Below, in pieces: positions 56,739-64,000 of a DNA stretch of 64,000 nt. Origin of the DNA: Deinococcales bacterium (GTDB taxonomy: Bacteria > Deinococcota > Deinococci > Deinococcales > JAAFIG01). The stretch's first letter is position 1, and each line of letters opens with the position of its first letter. The position numbers and the translations under genes were made by a program. Below the pieces are notes generated by a model that ran no database searches, had not been told where the DNA came from, and was given only the letters and a program-made list of their open reading frames with translations. Location of the stretch: positions 1 through 64,000 of the forward strand of contig JAYWGM010000089.1 of NCBI GenBank assembly GCA_043778225.1, in the 5' to 3' direction.

Positions 56739-58103
56739 TTACTGTGTGTTAGAAATAGTAAGTTCCAATTCGTTGAGTGTTCCGACCTCTGAGGAGTGTC
56801 CATCATCAACTTCTACAACCCAATCACCAGAAACGGCAGACCCATTCAGAGCAGCCAGTGGACTGTCTGGTTGTACACTGCCAACACAAGTGGTGTCTGA
56901 GCTTGTGTAACAAGCCGCAGCTAAGGTGGAACTTGCAGCATCATCAAAAGTAATATCAATATTGTTGCCCGAAGCGAAATCTTGAGGTGCTGGAAAAAAC
57001 AATACCGTATTCGTGTTGTTGGGTGAAGTCAGGATAATTCGGATGTCACCGCGATAGGTATGTTTAATTTTGACACGCAATGTCACTTTGGAAGCTATGC
57101 CAGTCAAGTTAAGAACAGTAAAGGTACGACTAACGGCAACTCCATAGGAATAATAATCTGGAGCGAGTCCATCTGGAATAAATGCACCAATGCCCAATAA
57201 TTGATACTTCAAAGTCGGGTACAACATCGAAACTGCTGCGCCCGAATCCCCAGCAATTCGCACAGCACTTATGGTTGATTTTGGTGTGGCAGTCGAAGTC
57301 GAAGTCTCAAATACCCGAACTTGTGTACCAACCCCAACCGCACTGGCTCGAGCCGCTGCCTCTGTGCCAAGTAGCGGTTCTTCAAGACTTTGCACGACAT
57401 GGGCATCATCGTTTTCGGCAACAATAAAAGTCAGGCTAAACCGAGAACCCGAAGCCACATCGGCACTGGCTGGAATGCTCATGCTTAAAGCGACCCGACC
57501 TGTTTCCCCAGCTTCTAAGGTACGCAAATGGGTTGAACCATTGTAGCGCACCACAAAACCATACTCGAGGGCGTACTCAGAAGTCGTGATTAGGTTTGCG
57601 ACTCGGGCAGTATCGGTCAACGTATCAGCTTCGCTGGTGGTGTAAACTTGCAAATCTGAGTGAAATTGGCTGACCGCCACAGCGCCATCTGTTCCTTGGG
57701 CTGGAAAAACATTCTTAACATCGGTACTGCTTGGCGCTCCGCCAAAGGCATTGATACTTTTTAAGGCACTCGAGTTTGAATTGCCAGTCTTGGCATATGC
57801 CACTAAACTCAAGTTATTGAATGTGCTGGCAGTGTTATTTTTAATTTGATAAACTGCCGTTAAAGTCCGCACTGTGCCTTCGTCTCGAGTTACAAAACTT
57901 TCAAAAGTAGCCACAATGCTGCTGTCTGGCTTGGGGGTCAAGGCACTTGTACCAAGTTTAGAAGCGTTAAAAATCGGGTTATCGTTGCTGCCAAACTGCA
58001 TTTCTAGTGTTCCTAAAAGACTTTGGCTGGCTGGCAGAATCGGTTGTTGTTGGCACGCCAGTATCAGGGCTGCTAAGGCTGGAATTAGCAAGAACTTTTT
58101 CAT
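56739..58103 (-). CDS. Lipoprotein with C-terminal proprotein-convertase P-domain
   Basis: GGAGG RBS, lipobox ILAC; IKHTYRGDI...LTSP, FDD.A, G.W.V.VDD...GTL. Confidence 0.8.
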   Translation of the reverse strand: MKKFLLIPALAALILACQQQPILPASQSLLGTLEMQFGSNDNPIFNASKLGTSALTPKPDSSIVATFESFVTRDEGTVRTLTAVYQIKNNTASTFNNLSLVAYAKTGNSNSSALKSINAFGGAPSSTDVKNVFPAQGTDGAVAVSQFHSDLQVYTTSEADTLTDTARVANLITTSEYALEYGFVVRYNGSTHLRTLEAGETGRVALSMSIPASADVASGSRFSLTFIVAENDDAHVVQSLEEPLLGTEAAARASAVGVGTQVRVFETSTSTATPKSTISAVRIAGDSGAAVSMLYPTLKYQLLGIGAFIPDGLAPDYYSYGVAVSRTFTVLNLTGIASKVTLRVKIKHTYRGDIRIILTSPNNTNTVLFFPAPQDFASGNNIDITFDDAASSTLAAACYTSSDTTCVGSVQPDSPLAALNGSAVSGDWVVEVDDGHSSEVGTLNELELTISNTQ

Positions 58104-58315
58104 TGTCCCTCCGTTGGAGCATCCATAAAATCCCCCAGTGGGTTGGTAAAGTCGGTTGTACCCATCCGAAAAGTAGCTCCAGTGCTGACAACCCAAGTTT
58201 GATGCTGCTCGAGTTGTGGCTTGCTGTAGGCTTTTTTTGCGGTTTTTTGAATCATTATCAATCACCTTTCCGTGGGTACTCTAACAGGGCAGCGTCATAT
58301 AGACGTGAGATGCGA

Positions 58316-58376
58316 ATTCTCGAGGTGCGGATTCCCTGCGATTCTCGAGGTGCGGATTCCCTGCGATTCTCGAGGT
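58316..58376. repeat. 25-bp tandem repeat x2.4 containing CTCGAG
   Basis: attctcgaggtgcggattccctgcg at 58316, 58341, partial at 58366. Confidence 0.95.
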
Positions 58377-58407
58377 TCACATCTGGACTTACGGTATCTT
58401 CTGAAGC

Positions 58408-59250
58408 GTGCGCGTTTTTTTAATTGGTTTGACGGTCGTCTTTGGGTCTTTGGGTTTGTCGCAAACGAATCTGCCACCAATTGCACCTAAACCACCAAGT
58501 CCTCAGCCGATAGCTCCAACTCCAGCGCCAGTTGTACCGCAACTTTCAAGCTCGAGTGTGGTGCAAACGATTCGCGCTCGGGGGCGTTTGATTGTCGCAT
58601 TTGACCCGCAATTTGCGCCATTTGCCTTGCGCGACGAAAAAAGCAAAATCGTTGGCTTTGATGTGGATTTGGCTCGAGCCTTTGCGGTTCAAATTGGTGT
58701 GCCGCTCGAGTCTCAGCCGATGCTGTTTAATGGTTTGCTGAATGCTGTCAAAACTGGTCGAGCCGATTTTGCTGGTAGTGGAATCACCCCAACGGCTCGA
58801 AAAGATGTGCTGTACAGCGATATTTTTTTTGATAATGCCCAAATTTTTGCAGTTCGGGCGGGCAATCCAAGCAAATTTGTTTTTCAGAATGCAGACCTGA
58901 CCGACAAGCAAATCGGGGTTCGTGCCAACACCATCGGTTTTTTGGCGGCTTTTCAGCGCCTCGTGCCGCTTGGTGCAAAAATCAAGGTTTTTGAAACCAA
59001 TCAAAAAGCGCTTGCCGAATTGCAAGCTGGTAAACTCTCAAGTCTGATTTTAGACTTGCCAAGTTTTGAAGCCTACCGTGGGCGCAGGATTCCAATAGAC
59101 CGAGTGGCAGGGGTTTTGGTGCAGGAGCGCTATGCTTTTGCGCTGCCCAAAAATTCGGATTTAGTACCGTTTGTTAATCAAGCCATTCAAACTTGGAAAC
59201 AAAACGGCGGGTATAACAAAGCCCTCGAGAAATGGCTGCTGGACAGATGA
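58408..59250 (+). CDS. Amino-acid ABC transporter substrate-binding protein (family 3)
   Basis: GFDVDLA, GRAD...SGIT, G.Y....EKW. Confidence 0.85.
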   Translation: MRVFLIGLTVVFGSLGLSQTNLPPIAPKPPSPQPIAPTPAPVVPQLSSSSVVQTIRARGRLIVAFDPQFAPFALRDEKSKIVGFDVDLARAFAVQIGVPLESQPMLFNGLLNAVKTGRADFAGSGITPTARKDVLYSDIFFDNAQIFAVRAGNPSKFVFQNADLTDKQIGVRANTIGFLAAFQRLVPLGAKIKVFETNQKALAELQAGKLSSLILDLPSFEAYRGRRIPIDRVAGVLVQERYAFALPKNSDLVPFVNQAIQTWKQNGGYNKALEKWLLDR

Positions 59251-59286
59251 GCCTACTGGGTCGTTGGACAGATGAGCCTACTGGGT
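59240..59286. repeat. Tandem duplication (25-bp period) of a gene 3' end
   Basis: tggacagatgagcctactgggt at 59240 and 59265. Confidence 0.92.
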
Positions 59287-59298
59287 TGCTCGAGCCAT

Positions 59299-59335
59299 AA
59301 AAAAAGCAACCCGTTTAACCGAGTTGCTTTTGTTT
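59299..59335. terminator. Bidirectional intrinsic terminator
   Basis: aaaagcaac...gttgctttt between convergent genes. Confidence 0.75.
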
Positions 59336-59352
59336 GACGCGAAAAACTATTT

Positions 59353-59634
59353 TTAGAGCTTGCCCTTGAGGGTGCTGGAAGCCTTAAACTTCAAGCGCTT
59401 GCCTGATGGGATTTTGATTTTGTCTTTGGTGCCTGGTTTTACACCGGTTCGAGCTTTGGTTTTGACCACGCTAAATGTACCGAGTCCGGGCAATGTCACG
59501 CTATGCCCCTTCTTTGAACCCGCCAAGACTGCACCAATCATTGCGTCTACGGCTGCTCCGGCTGCTTTGCGGGTGATGCTTGCTTTGGCTGCGACTTCCT
59601 GAACGAGATGTGCCTTACCCATACGATCTGCCAT
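59353..59634 (-). CDS. hup: HU DNA-binding protein
   Basis: VTLPGLGTF, ARTGVKPGT..KIKIP, KFKAS..LK. Confidence 0.95.
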   Translation of the reverse strand: MADRMGKAHLVQEVAAKASITRKAAGAAVDAMIGAVLAGSKKGHSVTLPGLGTFSVVKTKARTGVKPGTKDKIKIPSGKRLKFKASSTLKGKL

Positions 59635-59901
59635 GTGTAGTACCTCCGTGCATTACTTTGCTACGGACACAGCTAATTTGTCAAGGGGGTAAGTCAAATC
59701 TGACTTGTCTGAGACGCAAATGCACTTCGCCTAAAACCGAATACTTCGCCAGTGACAACACGTCTCGAGGTTGGTTGCTCGAGAAGACTGTCACAAACGC
59801 TGTTGCCGATAACCAAAAAACTCAGAGTAGCACATAACCCTGTGCTGTGCGAAGACATAACTTTTGAACTCGTGTCAGACGACTTGGTGTAGACTAGAAA
59901 A

Positions 59902-60894
59902 ATGTTTTTTGCCCAACAAATGCCACAACTCGAGCCACGGCTAAAAGCGGCTCAGAAGCGCCGTGCGCCCCTAGAGGCGGCTCGAGATACCAACTGCTAT
60001 CGGGTAGTCAACGGAGCAAGCGACGGGCTACAGGGTTTGACCATAGACCGCTTTGCCGATGTCTTGGTTGTATCGGTTTACGAAGAACTAACGACTGAAC
60101 TCGAGATAACCTTATTAGAAATGATTGCCAGTGTCCTCGAGCCGAGTAGTATTTACTTAAAGCGCCGTCCAAAAGAGGCACGAGTGGTCGCCAACACCCG
60201 ACGCTCAGAACTTGCACCCAACACAGCAGCTTGGGGACTCGAGACCCCAGAGGTGGCGGTACTTGAGTCTGGCAGACGGTTTTTGATTCGTCCGGGCGGT
60301 GATTTATCAGTTGGGGTCTTTTTGGATATGCGTGAGACTCGAACTTGGTTACAGCAAAACATCGGCAGCAGCCGTGTTTTGAATTGTTTTTCGTACACCT
60401 GTGGTTTTGGTTTGGCTACCAGTTTGGGCGGCTCGAGTCGGGTCGTGAATTTAGATTTATCAAAAAAAGTCTTGGATTGGGGACAAGAAAATTACCGCCT
60501 CAACAACCTCGAGCCTCGAGCCATGGACTTTATTTCAGGCGATACTTTTGATTGGTTTAAGCGCTTTGCGCGGCGCAACGACACCTTTGAGGCGATTATT
60601 CTTGACCCACCAAGTTTTGCCACCAGCCAGCGCACTAGGTTCTCGGCTGCCAACAATTACGACGACCTTGTACAAGAGGCGGTCGCCTTGCTCGAGCCGG
60701 GCGGTTTGTTGTTGGCGTGCTGCAATCATGCCAAGCTCAGCCGCCTACAATTCAAAAAAGCCATCGAGCGTGGACTCAAAGCAGCTAAACGGGGTTATAA
60801 TCTGATTAAATCCCTCGGACAATCCAGCCTCGATTTTCCTGTGCCAGAGACCGAGGAAGCACCGCTCAAAGTTTTTGCCTTGGAGGTCGTATGA
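59902..60894 (+). CDS. RlmI/RlmK-like SAM-dependent rRNA methyltransferase
   Basis: G.FLDMRE.R, VLNCFSYTCGF, ILDPPSF. Confidence 0.88.
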   Translation: MFFAQQMPQLEPRLKAAQKRRAPLEAARDTNCYRVVNGASDGLQGLTIDRFADVLVVSVYEELTTELEITLLEMIASVLEPSSIYLKRRPKEARVVANTRRSELAPNTAAWGLETPEVAVLESGRRFLIRPGGDLSVGVFLDMRETRTWLQQNIGSSRVLNCFSYTCGFGLATSLGGSSRVVNLDLSKKVLDWGQENYRLNNLEPRAMDFISGDTFDWFKRFARRNDTFEAIILDPPSFATSQRTRFSAANNYDDLVQEAVALLEPGGLLLACCNHAKLSRLQFKKAIERGLKAAKRGYNLIKSLGQSSLDFPVPETEEAPLKVFALEVV

Positions 60895-61292
60895 ACCCGC
60901 AAAGCCCAATCACCAATAAATTCGAGATTCGCCACGGCAGTACGGTTAGTGTTTGCAACGCCCCAGACGAGATTTTAGAAAAAATTCGACTGATTCCAGA
61001 AATCTTTGTCGAAACCCATTTGGATGGTTTATTTGATGTTGTGATTTTATTCTTAACCAGCCGCGAACATATCGAAGGCTATTTTCCACGAGCGGTGCGT
61101 TCGTTGCGCCAAAAAGGGTTTATCTGGACACTTTTTCCAAACATCAGCAAAACCAACGATGAACTCGATTATGACCGAGGCTGGACAATTGCCACTCGGC
61201 TCGAGTTTAAGCAAGTCCAACGCATGACCCTCAACACTGATTGGGAAGCGATTCGCTGGGTTGCGCCTGAAAAGAAATTTGGTAGAAGTTAG
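60891..61292 (+). CDS. Hypothetical protein (possibly DUF3052-like)
   Basis: Coupled to upstream gene; G.IW..FP, D.GW, W.AIRW. Confidence 0.65.
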   Translation: MNPQSPITNKFEIRHGSTVSVCNAPDEILEKIRLIPEIFVETHLDGLFDVVILFLTSREHIEGYFPRAVRSLRQKGFIWTLFPNISKTNDELDYDRGWTIATRLEFKQVQRMTLNTDWEAIRWVAPEKKFGRS

Positions 61293-61448
61293 GGGCAGGG
61301 TCAAAAGGTCAAAAGGTTAAAAGCGAGTTAGTTCGCGAGTTGTCATTTGACAAAGAGAAAAGAGGAAACCATTCTCGAGAAATATCAGTTCGCTCGAGAA
61401 GTGTCGGGACATTTCGCTCGAGACAGAATTATCGAGTAGACTGACCAC

Positions 61449-64000
61449 ATGACCCAAGAAGACCTATTTGGCATCCCCCAAACCGTAGGGGCGGGGCTTG
61501 CCTCGCCTGACCCAAAAACCGCAGTTGCCTCGAGTCACCCTGAATCCGACGAATACGGCATCCCGCCCCAAGCCCGCGACCCACTGCCACCAGCCCCACG
61601 CATGACGGGCGGCACCAAACCCAAACGGGTGGTGATTGTGGATGGTCATGCGCTGGCGTATCGGTCTTATTTTGGCTTGGCTCGAGGTTCGGAGCGGCTA
61701 CAGAATTCTAAAGGCGAACCGACCCACGCGATTTATGGCTTTATTAAAACGATTCTGAAACACATCCGCGAGGGCTTAAAAAAAGGCGAAGGGGCAGTGA
61801 TTGTGGTTTTTGACCCACCGGTCAAAACCTTTCGCCACGAAATGTTTGCCGACTACAAAGCCGGTCGAGCCGAAACCCCCGAAGACTTGCCCAAGCAAAT
61901 CCAGCGCATCAAAGAAATTGTCGACGCGATGTGCCTAACCCGCCTCGAGTTGGCTGGCTATGAAGCCGATGATGTGATCGGTACGATTGCCAAACGTGCC
62001 GAAACCGAAGGTATTGATGCCTATATTCTGACCTCAGACCGCGATGCCTACCAACTGCTGTCTGATAAAGTGCGGGTCATTGGCTCGGATGAAAGACTGA
62101 TTACCCCAGCCGATGTCAAAGCCAAATATGGTGTGACGGTCGAGCAATGGACAGATTACCGAGCGCTGACTGGCGATAGCTCGGATAATATTCCTGGCGC
62201 AAAAGGGATTGGACCAAAAGGCGCGGTCAAGTTGCTCGAGGTTAATGGCACACTGCAACATATTTTAGATAACTTAGAGACCGCCGAGCCAAAAAAAGAA
62301 GTCCAGAAAGTCAAAGATAGCCACATGAACGTGGTTTTAAGCATGGAACTTTCGAGGATTATTACCAATTTGCCAATCGAAATGGATTTAACTGCCGCCA
62401 ATCAATTTATGCCCGACACCGAACGATTGATTCCGTTATTGCGCGACCTCGAGATGAACAGTGTCCTGAAAGAAGTCCAGACTTTGCTCGAGAGCCGTGG
62501 TGCAACCGTGCCAGCCGCCCCCGAAACGATTAAGCGCGAGGTGACTTTGTTTGATTGGGCAGTCCCAAGTCAAGATGTGGTTTGGGCGTTTACACTGGGC
62601 AATCCCAACGACCCAGTTGGCTCGAGTCTGCTGCAACTGGCTTTTGCCGATGCCAATGGCTCGAGTCTTGCGCCACCCGATTACTTGCCAAGCGGCGAAG
62701 TCTGTGCTGCCGATGCTAAAGCCTTGGCGATTGCCACCAAGACCGAACCGGGCGACGACCCACTTTTGATGGCGTATGTGCTTGACCCCAACAACAACAA
62801 CCCCCAAGCCATCTGTAATCGGTATTTGCAAGAAGACTGGAGCAAAGACACCGCCACCCAAGCAGCCCAAAGCCGTGCGCTGCTCGAGAAAATCAGGGCA
62901 GAACTTGCCCCAGACCTCGAGAAACTTTATACCGAACTCGAAAAGCCAGTCTCGAAAGTCTTGGCACATATGGAAGCCACCGGAATCTGTATTGACGCGC
63001 CTTTTTTTGCGACCCTCTCGAGCCAGTTTTTAGCCAAAATGCAGCAGATAGAAAGTGCAATTCACGACTTAGCTGGCGAGGTTTTTAATGTCAATTCCCG
63101 CGACCAACTCGAAACGGTTTTATACGATAAATTGCAACTGGCGGCTGGCAAAAAAACCAAATTAACGGGCAAGCGCAGCACAGCAGTTTCTGCGCTTGAG
63201 CCGTTAATCGAAGAACACCCAATTGTGGCGCAAATTCTCGAGTACCGCGAAATCAACAAATTGCGCGGCACGTATCTCGAGCCACTGCCGAACATGGTCA
63301 ATCCCAAGACTGGGCGTTTGCACACGGTTTTTAATCAACTTGGTACAGCCACCGGACGGGTCAGCAGCGTCAATCCAAACTTGCAGAACATTCCAATTCG
63401 CACTGAAATCGGGCGTGAAATCCGCAAAGGATTTATTGCCACCCAAGGCTATCAACTGATTAGCGCTGATTATTCACAAATCGAATTGCGAATTTTGGCG
63501 CACATCACCCAAGAAGAAAATTTAATCGAAGGCTTTCGTAATAACCAAGATATTCACCGCCGCACGGCTGCCGCAATTTTGAATATCCCACTCGAGACGG
63601 TCACAACCGACCAGCGCCGTGGCGCAAAGGCGATCAATTACGGCATCTTGTACGGCATGGGCGCACACCGACTTTCTCGAGATGAAGGTATTTCGCACAG
63701 CCAAGCCAAAGCCTTTATCGAAGGGTACTTTGCGGCGTACCCTGGGATTAAAGATTACCTCGAGACGACCAAAGCCCATTGCCACGAACACGGCTATGTC
63801 CAAGATTTATTTGGGCGGCGCAGGTACATCCCAGAAATTAACTCAAAAGCCTTTAATGTCCGTGAAGCCGCCGAACGTGCCGCGATCAATATGCCGATTC
63901 AAGGCACATCGGCAGGAATAATTAAACGCGCCATGATAGACCTCGAGCCTTTGCTTACGCCATACGGCGCAAGGTTACTGCTCCAAGTTCACGACGAACT
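61449..64000 (+). CDS. polA: DNA polymerase I (3' truncated by window end)
   Basis: VDGHALAYRSY, EADDVIGT, GDSSDNIPG, TATGRVSS.NPNLQNIP, ADYSQIELR, AKAINYG, LQVHDE; leaderless TAGACT-N6-ATG at 61449. Confidence 0.97.
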   Translation, partial: MTQEDLFGIPQTVGAGLASPDPKTAVASSHPESDEYGIPPQARDPLPPAPRMTGGTKPKRVVIVDGHALAYRSYFGLARGSERLQNSKGEPTHAIYGFIKTILKHIREGLKKGEGAVIVVFDPPVKTFRHEMFADYKAGRAETPEDLPKQIQRIKEIVDAMCLTRLELAGYEADDVIGTIAKRAETEGIDAYILTSDRDAYQLLSDKVRVIGSDERLITPADVKAKYGVTVEQWTDYRALTGDSSDNIPGAKGIGPKGAVKLLEVNGTLQHILDNLETAEPKKEVQKVKDSHMNVVLSMELSRIITNLPIEMDLTAANQFMPDTERLIPLLRDLEMNSVLKEVQTLLESRGATVPAAPETIKREVTLFDWAVPSQDVVWAFTLGNPNDPVGSSLLQLAFADANGSSLAPPDYLPSGEVCAADAKALAIATKTEPGDDPLLMAYVLDPNNNNPQAICNRYLQEDWSKDTATQAAQSRALLEKIRAELAPDLEKLYTELEKPVSKVLAHMEATGICIDAPFFATLSSQFLAKMQQIESAIHDLAGEVFNVNSRDQLETVLYDKLQLAAGKKTKLTGKRSTAVSALEPLIEEHPIVAQILEYREINKLRGTYLEPLPNMVNPKTGRLHTVFNQLGTATGRVSSVNPNLQNIPIRTEIGREIRKGFIATQGYQLISADYSQIELRILAHITQEENLIEGFRNNQDIHRRTAAAILNIPLETVTTDQRRGAKAINYGILYGMGAHRLSRDEGISHSQAKAFIEGYFAAYPGIKDYLETTKAHCHEHGYVQDLFGRRRYIPEINSKAFNVREAAERAAINMPIQGTSAGIIKRAMIDLEPLLTPYGARLLLQVHDE
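61483..61507 (+). repeat. GTAG-type REP-like palindrome inside the polA 5' extension
   Basis: ccGTAGgggcggggc-tt-gcctcgcc. Confidence 0.65.

Noticed and set aside
51613..59286. 23-27 bp repeats as CRISPR arrays
   Set aside because: Head-to-tail with no unique spacers, and units are unrelated to each other
1..64000. CTCGAG sites as cloning (XhoI) artefacts
   Set aside because: Sites sit in frame within intact conserved genes in all frames

Overview
Chromosomal window from a Deinococcota bacterium, most likely a relatively low-GC Deinococcales lineage (ddrB with an RDRM operator, DUF3248/DUF3809-like genes, pervasive leaderless TANNNT-N6-ATG starts). It spans the replication origin: dnaN-oriC-dnaA on the minus strand with three DnaA-box clusters and a DnaA-trio unwinding element, facing a LAGLIDADG-like ORF-rsmG-parA-parB-HIT operon preceded by two parS-like sites. 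Housekeeping genes include folC, dppABC-like ABC transporter, argC, aroK, dprA, pgm, rel, phoB/R/U, hpt, nanE, hup and a polA that runs off the end. An rRNA-operon promoter/leader appears to point out of the left edge. Accessory DNA includes a type II-like R-M pair (22.9-24.8 kb) and an insertion hotspot upstream of pgm (26.0-34.7 kb) with an MFS/flavin reductase/ArsR block, xisH-xisI, and a coupled four-gene operon (unknown protein + two BrxD/DUF2791-like ATPases + Lhr/BrxHI-like helicase) bracketed by a duplicated pgm 5' end; that operon is the best candidate for an undescribed defence system. Other notable signals: roughly 30-fold enrichment of CTCGAG (HIP-like) with near absence of GGCC and GATC in the hand-counted stretches, a leaderless Phe-Phe-Phe leader ORF with an RBS-sequestering hairpin before aroK, and a PolA N-terminal extension carrying a clamp-binding-like motif and an in-frame REP. 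All family calls come from motif recognition by eye; no database searches were run.
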